A stretch of DNA of 63,922 nt, filler included, from Asterionella formosa (taxonomy: Eukaryota): assembly GCA_002256025.1 (NCBI GenBank). It is 10 parts of 10 records of this genome, joined end to end, with 100 filler letters (N's around TTAATTAATTAA, not from the genome) between each part and the next. Parts side by side here need not be neighbours in the genome. Positions count along the whole stretch, not along the records: positions 3,294 to 28,653 come from NKIB01001986.1; 9 more parts are not named here. One strand, written 5' to 3'. The position numbers and the translations under genes were made by a program. A model generated the notes under the pieces. The model was not told the DNA's origin, searched no databases, and saw nothing but the letters and a program-made list of their open reading frames with translations. This document shows positions 12,195 through 24,889 of the stretch, piece by piece; the stretch's first letter is position 1; every line of letters starts with the position of its first letter.

Positions 12195-13662
12195 ATGGTG
12201 CCTCAAAGATTTCCTCCACTAGTAGCGGTGGTGGTCATGTCCTTTCTTTTAATGGCTTCTCCATTGATGTCTTCCGCCTTTGTTTGCTTGACCAACTCAG
12301 CGTTGCCCCATCATCATCATCACACCACAACATCCTTCCCTAGCAGCTCAAGTAGTAGCACAAGTCTTGCCATGGTACTTGATGCCGCCATGGAAGCTCG
12401 CTTGGAAGGGATTCGCCGATCTTATAAAGGATTAACTGAACGTCTCGGTGATCCTGATGTTCTTGCTGATGCCAGTCTACTTCGACAAATCATGAGCGAT
12501 CGATCGGTATCAGAGGCAGCTGTCGTGGCATATGAAGAATACATGACCTACAAGGAAGAACTTGAAGGGGCTAAGGAGCTATTTCAAGAGGCAGGAGATG
12601 ATTCGGAAATGAGGGAAATGGCAAGATCGGAAATGAAGGAAATTGAGCCTAAGATGGAGGATTTAGAAAAACAGATTACTCTCCTATTACTACCAAAAGA
12701 CCCTAACGATAATAGAAACGTCATGCTGGAGATCAGAGCTGGAACGGGAGGATCAGAAGCCAACATTTTCGCTGGTAAGTCTTGAAAGATCTAGGGTGTT
12801 GATTACTACGTTCATGATGATGTGTGGAGAACTCGCATTTCTTGTAGAATAATAACTAACACGAAACTCGAAAGGCGACTTGTTGGATGTTTACCAAAAG
12901 TACATCCGAGACCAAGGATGGAAATCTTCCACGCTGGAATCTAGCTCTGGAGAAGATGGCGGTTATAAATCAGTGACCTTGCAAGTACAAGGCGACATGG
13001 TCTATAGCAAACTAAAGTGGGAAGCTGGTGTCCATCGAGTCCAGCGTGTACCAGCCACTGAGTCACAGGGACGGGTGCATACTTCGACAGCAACAGTCGC
13101 CATTATGCCCGAGGTTGATGAGGTAGATGTCAAGATTGACCCAAAGGATATTGAAATGACCACCTGCAGATCCGGAGGAGCTGGTGGTCAGAATGTGAAC
13201 AAGTAAGTGATCTTTCAACGTTGCAATAGCGTAGCACGTTTTGATCAAGGAAAACATTCTTGTGTGCCACTAACATTTTTATTTTTCAGGGTCGAGACCG
13301 CCATTGATCTCACTCACAAACCGACTGGAATACGTATCAAGTGTACCCAAGAACGTAGTCAATTGAAGAACAAGGATTTAGCCATGAAGATGTTGATGGC
13401 CAAGCTATACGACTTGGAAAACGAAAAGCGCGAGATGGAGGAGCGAGCGAAACGTGGCGAGCAGGTGGGCACTGGTGGACGAAGTGAAAAGATTAGAACC
13501 TACAACTGGAAAGACTCTCGCTGTTCGGACCATAGGTTGGGGCAGAACTTTCCCCTTGCCCAATTTCTGGGAGCAGACATTGGTCCTCTGCATGACGCAT
13601 GTATTGCTAAGGATCAAGAAGCCAAATTGGCTCAGTTAATGGAGGCCTCGTTGGCAAATTAA
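12195..13662 (+). CDS. prfA: Peptide chain release factor 1, plastid-targeted; exons 12195-12774, 12875-13202, 13290-13662
   Basis: [22 protein letters not shown] (PxT), [10 protein letters not shown] (GGQ), RSEKIRTYN; signal peptide + SSAF; introns with CTAAC branch points restore the frame. Confidence 0.95.
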
Positions 13663-13699
13663 GATTAGGTAAATATTCTTTTTATCTCCAATAAGTATT

Positions 13700-14014
13700 T
13701 TATGTAGGCTGGTCAGGTTTTCCTGTGACTCGCCCTTCAGATCTACGTTTCGAATTGCAGGCTTTGGAGCAAGTCGTAATCTCGTCCCAACTACGTTCCC
13801 ACTTTTTCCGCCAGGCAAATGGTCGGCCGCAGACGCAACACATTTTTTCAGGCAAATCGCTCTTGTTTATTCGTTCTTTTTCAACTTTCCCCCCACCTCT
13901 TTTCCCCAACAATACTATGGCACCATGAAAGTTTCGTTTGGGCACGAGAAATGATGCTTCAACTGTCGACAAGACAGCAACACTCGTGAAAAAGAGGAAT
14001 TTAAGTTGCGACAT
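13700..14014 (-). CDS. DUF2256-type small zinc-binding protein, probably plastid-targeted
   Basis: KSDLPEKMCCVCGRPFAWRKKWERSWDEITTCSKAC; signal peptide ending VEA-SF. Confidence 0.85.
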   Translation of the reverse strand: MSQLKFLFFTSVAVLSTVEASFLVPKRNFHGAIVLLGKRGGGKVEKERINKSDLPEKMCCVCGRPFAWRKKWERSWDEITTCSKACNSKRRSEGRVTGKPDQPT

Positions 14015-14377
14015 TCCCACCTTTCATCCAGTCTAATTGTCTTTTCATTCAAACTTTTCATTGCAATTTCAATGAAGATTGGCATTTACTTCCTCATCAT
14101 AAAATTGTTAGGTGTGATACGTACCGTATGGTGTATTGATGTTTCGCTCAACTGGTGTACGGATTACTCATCATGTATGCTGCGTCAGTCAAACTATAGG
14201 GGAAAACACTCATGTTTTGCAGTGCGTGTAAACAATGTTCTTTTTTTTGGTATGAATGTAATTATCGCTACCTATATGATGCATAGATATATCCCTCAGC
14301 CGCAATCGAAAGTTCAATAATCTTTACTTAAAAGTATTAGTTTAAAGAAGAGAATATTTGCCTGTTAGTCAGTGGTT

Positions 14378-14451
14378 GCCCGCTTAGCTCAGTTGGTTAG
14401 AGCATCTCATTCGTAATGAGAAGGTCCATGGTTCGAATCCGTGAGCAGGCT
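14378..14451 (+). tRNA. tRNA-Thr(CGT)
   Basis: Cloverleaf: GCCCGCT/AGCAGGC acceptor stem (one C-A mismatch), D arm GCTC/GAGC, anticodon stem TCTCA/TGAGA with loop TTCGTAA, T loop TTCGAAT. Confidence 0.93.
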
Positions 14452-14775
14452 TTAGACATTTGAACTACATTTTGTATCCACTTCTTTTTTTAAATTTTTT
14501 TCAATGTTTTGTACATCATCCTTCACAAATTTCAAATGTTCCTGCTCCTTTAAAAATGGTTACCATACTTTTCACACAATGCGACTGAGCATGTTTTGCA
14601 ACTGACAATGCCAGTGGCGTGACTTAACACTTTTATTTATTCAGTTTCAGAAAATTGAATTAGGCTAAATTTGGTATTCGGTACCATAATGCCTTTTGTT
14701 GTTGTTCATTGCTGTGGTATTGGCTTGAAATAGTTTTTCAAATTTTTTTCTCGCAGCTCAAGAGAAGTTTCAATG

Positions 14776-15837
14776 TCATCGATCCAAATATCTCTTTAAT
14801 AATGCCAGTGTATCATCTGGAGCTTCTGCATGTACCCAATGTCCTACTCCTCGAATCGTCGTTAACATGTGATTTGGAAAGTATCCTGCAATAGACTCCA
14901 TGTGCGCATGTCTCACAAAACGAGATTGGCCTCCATTGATAAACAGTGCGTCTCCCCTGTAGGTAATATCTGTCACGACTTCAAACCCAGCCAAGGTTTC
15001 TAACTCTTTCCCTATGCTGTTAATGTCAATTTTCCATCTTGGCACTTTGGGATCCAGGTTCGTCATCACGAAGGCACGAAGGGCTGGGTCAGGAATCTTT
15101 TCTTGTAATAGCTTATCGACATCTCGCTTAGATTGTCCTGGAACTAAAACAATATTTCGTAGCAAGTTAATAATCTCCATGACAGCTTTCCAAGATGGAT
15201 CATCGTGTTCGTAGGCAACCGGCGCAATGTCAATTACAACCAATCCAGCTATGCGATCTGGGTGGAGGAGAGCCAACGTTTGGGCAACTTTTCCACCCAT
15301 GGAATGTCCTACTAATACCACTTTTTTAAGTTGATGCTTATCGAGAGTACCAATCACGTCGAGTGCCATCTCTTCATATCTCATGGTGGGTCGCCAATCA
15401 TGGTGATTCTCTCCTTTGAAAGAAATTGTTAAGTCAGTTCGCAATACACAACATTTCATAATCACTGCGTGAAGCATACAACAATAATTTTTCTTACCGT
15501 GATTTCGTAGGTCCATGGCCAGTATCCTTCGTTTCTTGTCCAACTGGGAAGCTAAGGAAGCACCGATTGAAGCAAAGTTCCGTTTTGATCCAAGAAGGCC
15601 ATGAAGTAATAGTACTGCTGGCTCCGTAGAGTCAATGTGCGGTGAAAAATCAATCAGTTTTAGATCCACATACGTATTCATGGATCTCAACGATGTATCT
15701 CGGTTTCGGCGGGGATGGACAAGAAGGGCACTCGCCATTGTCAACCACAATAATGAGAAGACAATTATTGTCAGTTTGTTTGCAGGTGGATGTCCCGGCG
15801 ATGATCGCTTCATTGCAGTATTCTCAAATTGATTCAT
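14776..15837 (-). CDS. Alpha/beta hydrolase, ABHD11/YbfF-like; in-frame intron 15414-15497
   Basis: LLHGLLGSKRNF, DLRNHG, GHSMGG nucleophile elbow, DIAP, GHWVHAEAP. Confidence 0.9.
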   Translation of the reverse strand: MNQFENTAMKRSSPGHPPANKLTIIVFSLLWLTMASALLVHPRRNRDTSLRSMNTYVDLKLIDFSPHIDSTEPAVLLLHGLLGSKRNFASIGASLASQLDKKRRILAMDLRNHGKKNYCCMLHAVIMKCCVLRTDLTISFKGENHHDWRPTMRYEEMALDVIGTLDKHQLKKVVLVGHSMGGKVAQTLALLHPDRIAGLVVIDIAPVAYEHDDPSWKAVMEIINLLRNIVLVPGQSKRDVDKLLQEKIPDPALRAFVMTNLDPKVPRWKIDINSIGKELETLAGFEVVTDITYRGDALFINGGQSRFVRHAHMESIAGYFPNHMLTTIRGVGHWVHAEAPDDTLALLKRYLDR

Positions 15838-16639
15838 TAGCGCTCTTGATTCTGTTGCTATAGTTGTCTATGACTATCAGCAAGAGAAACCGCGGTTGTA
15901 AAAGAGAAATATCATGGTCAAGCATTAACTATATCATAACGATTCTTAAGGCCGATGTGAAACGCTATCATACATACCGTATATACCATACATGGGACAC
16001 AATATGTACTGGTAATAGAGGTAAGGAAGGTGAAATGAAGGTATACATATTTGTATATACCGGAAGTTATGTACTTGGTTGAGGCTACTGTGGTACCCTG
16101 GTACTCGTCCAAACATACGTCATTCAAAAAACACGTAAATTATATATGTATGTACGACCTGGCAGTACCTGGTACCTGGTACCAGGTACCAGATACCAGA
16201 TACCAGATACTGTGGAACTTGGAGCAAACTGAGGTCATACTATAAAAAGCTGATGTTGATAATTGTCTTGTGCAAGAATCTGATTCTATTCCGTATCCAT
16301 TAGGAGTTTCAAATCATTCCTTTGCCTTTTCTCATGCTCAAGCGTTTGATGAACAAGGTCATGAGGACCCTTAACATTTGTGAAATATAATTGCATACCT
16401 TGGGGGGGGGGGATGCAGCTGACAAAAAGACAGGTCCCATTGTACTACCATACAGACAAAATTTAGCAGCATGAAAATCGAAATTAAAATCAATGGGCAA
16501 GTCTTGGCCTCAAGGCCAACAAGCATGTGCACACATTTTACATTCACCATGTCTGGTGTGGATGAAATGTTGTGCCAGACAGCATCATTGGATTTCAGGA
16601 AGTTGTTATTGTTGATGACTTGACTGATGAAGTGGATAT

Positions 16640-16910
16640 GGCAATCACCCCTTTCTTTTTTAGTACTAACCTCCTGGTTGCAGGAACTTGTTTCACAAAA
16701 GACCATATTCCGATTTTATTGTCAAAGCTAATATCCCTGGTAGCGTTATATCTCAGTCTCGCAACAGCACCAAGAAACTTTTTTATATGTGGTTCTTTGT
16801 GATGAACATTCCTTTCCGGTGGCACCTTGTTGTCTTGACCTAGATATGTCATCGACGAAGCCTATGACAAAAAGTACCACTTCTCATCTTTATGAACATC
16901 ATCAAACTTA
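16640..16910 (-). mobile_element. Degenerate mariner-like (plant-type DD39D) transposase fragment
   Basis: Minus strand reads FDDVHKDEKWYF and H...HI.KFLGAVARLRY...FDNKIGIWSFVKQVPA, typical of this clade; frameshifted. Confidence 0.75.
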
Positions 16911-17527
16911 CCAGGATCGAATGGCTCATGATTCAGATCATCTGGAAGGTTCAATTGCAGCTGATTTATAGAATAAAACAGATGATTTCAGGCATTGCTT
17001 GCTGTCATTGATGGCTTAATGGCATTTGTATGAGGCTCAATTAAGCCTATCTCTTTCGAATTTGTATAATTGAGTACAGTACTAACAGGAAGAGCAAGCT
17101 TCTGAGCCAACTTGCAGTAAGTTCCTTGCCGGTATTGAGTATAAAGCTTCGTAAATACATACCGGTACCCGATATGCTGGGCAATTTCTACTACTGGGTA
17201 TTGTAGCACAAATTACCGTGCTGCTCTATAATTTATCCCACGTCGTCTCTACAAGACCGCAGCCATGACATGTGAAGAAGGGATTGCTTATTATACGAAA
17301 GATATCATGTTCTTACCCTAAAATTTTGATGTAAACAAAAAGCAAGACAAACAAACAATCCAATATTGTTTGATACTCGCACTATCTAAATAATATCAGG
17401 TAATAAATGGTACATGTATTGATGAATCATACCATCATTGCATCACTTATAGTTCCATCCTGCCATGACTGGGTAGCATCTCAGCAATACCACAATAATT
17501 CTCCGTGCTCATTTAGAGTCTCCAACC

Positions 17528-18340
17528 ATGAACGGCATGGTTCAAAATTCACGTAGTATCCTATTGGTGATCACATTCTTGTTTGTGAACTCAATTCAAG
17601 ATTCATTTGGCTTTCAGTTTCGATCCATGGCGTCAAATATTGTCGGCGTGAAATGCATTAAGACAATTTCAAGAAGGTCGTTTTCGCACAATTTTGTTCT
17701 TACTGGATTGCTCTCTGGGGGCTCCCTGATACAGAAGGAACAAGCGAAGGCCTCGTGGTTTGAAGGAAAAGAGAGGAGACAACTTGAGTTCTGTGTTGTG
17801 AATGTCCTCCGTGTCCTCTATTGGGCCGAAATAGAGTCGCGTAATTTGGAGCAAGCAGTGAATGACGGCAATGACAATATGAGGAAGGAGCTCTATGTGG
17901 AATCTAGACTCTCTGCGAAGGCACTGGTGACAGGAAAAATTGGGGGTGGTTCAACCAACCGAGTATATACATTGGCCAGTCTCAAGTTGCGTGACTGCCT
18001 TGATGATCTTGTGTTTTATTCAACTTCTTCGAGAGTACTATCAGGATTAAGTGAAGACCTGATTGAATCACTGGCATCATTAGTGGAGTTCGATGGTTTG
18101 GAAACGACAATCGACCCCTCGCCACGGTCCACTTTGATGTTGAAAATGTATAACAAGGATAAGGAAACCTTTGTTCGTCGAATGCTAAAAGACAGAATTA
18201 TACTGACTGCAAAGCAAATCGTTGGATCTGTAGATCCTGACGTACAAAGTCGTTGCGAAGCATACGTGCAAGCGACATATCCCAACGAAGTTCCGAAGAA
18301 GGCCCTTGTTGCAGTTGCTTCAACTCCTGGTTTTGCGTAA
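17528..18340 (+). CDS. Hypothetical protein with signal peptide + transit peptide + twin-Arg (thylakoid lumen-type) presequence
   Basis: 270-aa ORF; SFG-F cleavage-like site, ISRRSF, hydrophobic stretch, AKA cleavage motif. Confidence 0.7.
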   Translation: MNGMVQNSRSILLVITFLFVNSIQDSFGFQFRSMASNIVGVKCIKTISRRSFSHNFVLTGLLSGGSLIQKEQAKASWFEGKERRQLEFCVVNVLRVLYWAEIESRNLEQAVNDGNDNMRKELYVESRLSAKALVTGKIGGGSTNRVYTLASLKLRDCLDDLVFYSTSSRVLSGLSEDLIESLASLVEFDGLETTIDPSPRSTLMLKMYNKDKETFVRRMLKDRIILTAKQIVGSVDPDVQSRCEAYVQATYPNEVPKKALVAVASTPGFA

Positions 18341-18693
18341 GCACAGAACAGTTTTTTAAAGGCTTACACAAGCGTTGCCTTTGCGTTCTACTATTAGTCA
18401 TCAGATGTCGCAATAGTTATTTCGACGATGCCTATGTGGAGTCCTTCGCCGTAATACTTAGGTAAACTCCTCAAATTCGGCAATTTTTCAGAAAATTGTG
18501 ATCATTGAACAATAAAGCTCCATGGCCAAAGAGTTGATTGTTTTTTGAATTTCTCACTATTGTTGTTCGAGAACTGGTAAAGAATATTATAAAATTCCTA
18601 GATTCAAATATAACGAATGAATAGTAGATCCAGAAGTTTGCAAAGATTAATAAGATTGCATCAGATGATCACAGAACATGCGTGCAGGAAAGA

Positions 18694-21321
18694 CTACCAG
18701 GGCAGAAACTTCCTCCATCCTCGTTTTCCATCTAAAATGTTTCGAATCTCCTTAAGGGATTCTTGTGACTCTGGTTCCAGAAGGTAATCCTCAGTTATTT
18801 GGGCTAGTTTTGCAAGTTTTTCAGGATCAGTGCCGTCAATTGGAAAATTGTTCGAATTGGGCGATCCAATGTTGGGGTTCAAACGATAGTATCGAGTTGA
18901 CGAGAACGAGTTGTGGCCCCGAAATGTGCGGTCGCTGCCAAGAATATCTTCGAGGAGATGGTGAACGCGTTCAGCATCTGTCGCTGAATTCACAATTTGA
19001 GAAACAATCCCCTCCCATCCAAGTTTTGGGGCTTTCCTTTCTTCTTGAAAACCTAAAGCAAGATGAGTATCATGATGCCAGCTGTCACATGTAAAAAATC
19101 AGTTGCTTACCTCCAGTCCCAATAGAAACAACCAATTCGATAGGAATATCTGGGTAAACAGTTCGAGCTTCATGAATAGCGATTGCAGTAGGGTTACTTG
19201 CAACAATGCCACCGTCGCAATACATTTCTCCTGACATGAAAACCGGTTTGAATACAGTTGGCGCTGCCGTTGACGCACGCAGAGCATATCGTTGAAGGAC
19301 TCGAAAACTCCCTGTAAATGAAGGTGGGTGAGTGCATACACCCTAGACGCAGAAGCAGGTCGATTTCAAATAAAATACTCACCTGGATGTCGAGATCCCT
19401 TGTCGGTTAACCTCGATCCTTGAATGAATCGGTTTTCTTCAAAGATCTGATGTTTCGCGGATTTCGGCAATTGTTTGGTGAACTCCACTGGAAAACCTAA
19501 TTCAATTCTCGCTTGTTTAGCATCAACCACAAACGAATCCGGTATTTCGTCACTAGCATAGTTGTAGTTTCTATAACAGTTTCAAAACGGTTAGTATAGC
19601 CTCTACTTCCTTGTCATTAACGAAATTGTACTTACCGAAATAATGCCACATGTGTTGGGGTGGAGGACATTTTTGAGGAGACAGCAAATACTAGAGGTAC
19701 TGTTGGGTCCGCTCGGCTATCTAACATCGAATGATCACCCAATATTTCACTCATAATCTCCATGAAGGGTGCCTCGTCATCTGCAGAGTCGGATTCGTGT
19801 AAGCAGACAATTAAGTGATAACGAGCAAACGTAACATCCAAAGAACTACTTACACGACGCCGTTGTAAAAAAGTACATCATCGACGCCACAGCACTCTTG
19901 ACAAAGATTCGTTTGATCAGCGCATTGTATCTTTCTTTCGCTTTTCGACTCGTTTCCTTGCGGAGCCCAATCAAGAAGGCAATGATTGCACCAGTTGAAG
20001 TACCACAAATAATATCAAAGGTCTCACTTGCCTCTAAACCTCCCATGGCTTTCACAAGACCTCGCAAGGATGTGACTGCGGCCATGCCTCTGGTTCCTCC
20101 TCCGTCCAAACATAGTATACGCAACCCCTTTTGTCCTGGAATCTTGGGCACCCACTTGTTGACGCCCATGACAGCCAATACTTGGTTAGCTGTACCCTGT
20201 ACAGTTCCCTTCAGATCATCAGTTACTGAAGCCGCCTCAATAAAGGGTCTGCTACGATGTTCCTGTTTCTTACCACGCATTCGTGACTTCCAGAGTTCAA
20301 CGGGATAACGGATCCATCGTTTGGTTCTTTGTGGCAAGGCAAATGAGGATTGCTGTACGACTGCATCCTTGAGGCCTTCAGTCTCCCGCAAAACATCTAC
20401 AGCAACATCAGAAGCCATTGCCATGGCTAGCAGAAGTTGCAAGACATAGAGTTTGCATCGCTGTCGTGCTTCTGTGCGTTGTTTTCGCGAAAGCGGTGCC
20501 GCTTTGTCCTGCTCGGCTTCATCGGCACATTTCAAAATGGCAACGAAATCTCTCATTAATCGTCCATCCCATTCTGCATTTGCACGTAAAATTTCATCCG
20601 TAATGATCGCCACGATTTCAGGTGACAAAGCACACAAGTCTCGTATCGCCCGACAAGCCGCAGAAGAAAACGAGTGATCGGGTTCTCCGATACACTCAAA
20701 AAGGGGCCTGAGGCCACCTTGTTCTTGGCAAAAGAGACGCCATTCCCTTATTTCTGCAACATTGTTTGCAATACTGACAGCCAGATGACGAATATCTCGA
20801 CCAATACGATCCTTGTAATGTTCTGGTTGGCTTAAGCGAGGGAGCACCAACTCGCCCGAAAGTGGTGCATTGGGAGATGTGTACAATGATGGCACCGGCA
20901 AGACTTGTATGCCAGCCCTTAGTTGGTCTGGAATACCTGTGATATAAGTGACTGCAGCATCAAGCTCTCGGGCTGTTTCCTTATCCATGCTAGCAAGTTC
21001 TGATTGTTGTGAAACAGAAGTTGACTTTTGCTGCTTTCTGGGTTCATTTCCTACTTGTTGCAACGAAGGAGTGTCACTGTCCATCATGGCCTTTTGCATT
21101 TCAATTGCTTCTTGTTTCTGCAATCTCAACAGCATGCTTCCCAATGAGTCACTGGCCACGTTCAAGTCCCAATTGAGAGATTCGTCATCGCGATGTAATG
21201 AGGTGTTGGTTTCGACTGTAGCAAAGAGCCGTGTTCGTATCCTCGAAACTAGCATTCGTTGGCGTATCGGAGACAAGGCTCCAATGGAAGATAGGCCCAG
21301 AAAAAAGTGCAATAGCTTCAT
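18694..21321 (-). CDS. Patatin-like phospholipase (iPLA2-gamma/PNPLA8-like); exons 21321-19854, 19780-19636, 19570-19383, 19311-19111, 19052-18694
   Basis: LRILCLDGGGTRG, GTSTG, ASTAAPT, DGGIVASNP, YYRLNP; four GT-AG introns (73, 65, 71, 58 bp) keep the frame. Confidence 0.92.
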
Positions 21322-22022
21322 AATCTATAATCTATGTATGATTGATAGAATGTAGGTTCGATTCTGTGCGTTGTCGCCCGTGAAGTGACACAATTCGATC
21401 AGAGCAAAAACCCTTGCCAACAACCCCTGCAGATGCAACGGCAGGACCAAGGCCTTAGTAGCGCTTACGATGAGGAGTCACAATGAATCTTGTGGACCTA
21501 TCTCTTTCTTCTGAAGGGCAATCCTGTTGCTATTCGAGCCTTCCACCCATGTACCAAGCTTGTTTGATCCGAGTGTAATAATATGGGACTGTGATGATGT
21601 CGTATCATAAAAGGAATACCATACCGTTCATGATGTGATGGGAATCAGCGAAAGGAGCCATCATACGTATGTATACCAGGTACTGCAATACCGTACATAT
21701 TGTTACTGGTACCCTGGCAGTATTATTTGACAATCCTCATAATTACATAGTACCAGGTACCAGTACCTCGTACCTGGTACGACCCCTATTACCGGTACCT
21801 TTTAGCAGTAGCTGAAGAAGAACGCGGTTCAGTGACATGTATTGATGTCAGAGATGTGAAGAACCTGGAGCTGCAATGTTCACTCCCTGTCGTCAGAACG
21901 TTTCTGCCTTGCTGTTTGTGTTGTACATAGCTATCTCAAAAACTCGAGAGTGAGTTATTGACTCCGGGCTATATTGTCTACTGGTATCCCAGCTGAGCTA
22001 TAGTATACCGGTATCTAAAGTA

Positions 22023-23774
22023 CCTGCAAGTGGGCGGCAGTCATTTTGCTGAAATGGACAACGTGACGCAGGACAGGCGCTAAAAAAGACTAAATAGAGA
22101 ATGTCATCAAATCTCTCTTTGAGTCGACAGTATCATGACTACCGGTACCGGTAGTTAGTTACGTATATAATTATTTCGTCTAAAAATGGAAGCGAATGTC
22201 AAAACGAGGCAAATGGCTGAAAAATGAAAATGACAATGACTGGGGCAATAGAGGGGCAGCCCAAAGGAAAAGTAAGCAAAGCAACTCAAGCAAAAGTAAG
22301 AAAAAGCAAGCAAATCTTGCTAACATTGCTTTATTCTCTCCAAACACAAAATCATTCTCCTTTTCCAGCCGAAGTGATGAAAAAAAACCAATAATGAACA
22401 GTTCTATATCAATTCGGATTTGAAATATTTGCATGCTAGTAGCATCATCACATGTCACAACTAGCTAGTCATACCCGATATAACTAATATACCTGGTGGT
22501 GGCTGGCTGGACTCATGCTGCACAGGGTACCAGCTACCCAACAAGATAGCACTTGTAAGCGCTTGTATATAATAATTTAGCTTAGATTATTTGATCCTTT
22601 GCTATACTACACTACAATATATTTACCGGTATGGCACTAGTGCAAATTAACTGTGTAGTCATCATGAGCGGCTGGAGTATGCATGGTGCATCATGTTGTC
22701 TCAGCCTTGACCATGACAAAATCAACAAATATCTCCATGAAAAATGAGAGCAATGATTTGCTATTGGGTACATGCACATATTAAGCACGATATACAAAAT
22801 TCAATCAAACACGAATAGTTGTAATAACTCTAATATTGGCATCGAAAATTGAAATAGCCAATCGCGCATTTTTTTATGATTAATTTATAGATTCACAGTT
22901 AAAACGATGATACTATCAGCAGATTTCACACTTTCACATTAGCTGTACAACGACTAGCTACAAAGACGACTAAACAATAACATGATTAATTAAAGCAAAT
23001 GATGTGAAAGAAGTTATTTATTAGCTTAGATTTGATTGCTTGAATAGACGCCGCAAAATGGAGTCATTGTGAAGATGGGAATGATGGAAGCGTGATGGTC
23101 ACGAGATTTCAAAATTGTTTGCTTACCAGTAAGTACCCTGGTACCGGAATACTATTGTCTTCATTATACTGGTACCATATTTGTACTCCTAGTCAACAGT
23201 CGATACAGTACTGGTACCGGTATAAGGGTAAATAAAATCAGGATTGGTATACTACAGTATTATCTTCATTATAGTCGACAGTCGGCAGATGTAGTGTATA
23301 GTGTATAGTATACATGCATACATAACTTGCGTATGTACTGAAAAAACATACTGTTGGTCTATAATAGTTATATCGGGTCATTGCTAGAATGATGATGCTG
23401 GCAGTTACGAATTTCCAATCCCAATGACTCTGAAAACCGTTTATTAAGATAGGTTGTTTTCATCACTTCGGCCAGAAAAGGAGAACGATTTTGAGTTTGG
23501 AGAGAATAAAGCAACATAAGCAAGACTTGCTTACTTTTGCTTCCTATTGCTTACTTTTGCTTCGGGCCACCCCTCAATTGCCCCAGTCATTGTTGTGTTT
23601 TCTTGATGTTTCCCTATTTTGAAAAAAAATTAGCAAAAAACCTAGTACATCACTAAGTGGTGATCACCATGCATACAGACGATTTTAAAGAGTGAATTTG
23701 ATATGTTTAAATGTAAATAAACGCCTGTCCTGCGTCACGTTATCAATTTCAGCGAAATGACCGCAATTTGCTGG
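22023..23774. mobile_element. Non-autonomous TIR (foldback-like) element of ~1.75 kb with ~400-bp imperfect inverted arms, flanked by TA
   Basis: 22040-22080 is the inverse of 23722-23762, and 22230-22390 is the inverse of 23450-23595. Termini TA|CCTGCAAG...ATTTGCTGG|TA match the MITE family. Confidence 0.8.
22668..22945 (+). repeat. Dispersed repeat, second copy at about 38622-38905
   Basis: Shared gcatcatg.tgtctcagccttgacc, ctccatg.aaaatga, gaaaattgaa...gccaat.gcgcatt in the same order. Confidence 0.8.
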
Positions 23775-24889
23775 TAGCTAAATGCAACCAAACTTTACTA
23801 ATCATTCTCGGCCTAACAAGCAACCCTTCCTTCTTAAAAATTATTCCGAACTAAATGGTGTACATAATATGTTCTACGTAGTCTAGAATCAGGTGAACCT
23901 GACCTCGATTAATTTTTAACAAGGCGAATCGCGCACCGATTGGAATGTTTGTTGCTCTGGACCCCCAATTTTCGTTGACCGTTCGTTAGTGAATAACAGC
24001 GACAAGCAATAAATTGCCGATTGGCTCCTCGTTTCGCAACCTCAAGCAAGAGGGAGGCTGATGAGACCATCGACATAGATGGCCAGCTCGTCATAAATCC
24101 AGGCGTGTACAAAACTTTAGCTATCATATTATTGGACGTCAATAGAACGAAATATGTTTTGTCCAGAAATTCATGCTTGTTATTTAATTGCTCTATCCCT
24201 TTGGTAGTAATTGCCAATATTAAACACACACATACAGTTCAGCACGCTGGCAAACGAAAATCAAGAGCCCTTAACAAACCACATGTATCGCTACTTAGCG
24301 TTATGCTCGCCAAAATATACTAATCTAACCGACACACCCATCGCCTGCATCGTCTCGCGTAAAAATGTACTCGGAGTATATAGCTTCTTCAAAGGGCTTC
24401 TTTGAAGGAAATGGATTGAGCCGGGTTAGTCGCTGAACGTGTTGCAACTATACATGGCTGAACAGAGAGAGTACTAACTGCATAACGGTACTCCTAAGTA
24501 TGGAGTACCGGTACCAGGGTTCTACCTGGTTACCAGGTAACCCTGGTACAGAGTAAGGACATTGCTTACCGCGCCGGAAAATAACTCGTGACTGAAATTT
24601 TATCCCGAAAACCATCCTCCTTGGCCGTTCCCTGCTGCGTCGGAAACTTAATTTTTCCGGGTTTTGATTTCCTGAAACTCAATTTTTTTCTGTCACGTCG
24701 GCAAATTCGTCGATTTTCCCGACACTGACGATTTTAGTCGGAAACTTTAGTCACGTTTGGGAAATTGATTTCAGGAATGGCTGTCCTGCTTGTCTTCTCA
24801 CTCAATGCAAGGGAAAATAGAAGGCACCAACGCTTGCCTTTCAAGTCATTGCTTAACATACAAAGAAAGTTCTATCTGTTTCAAATGTC

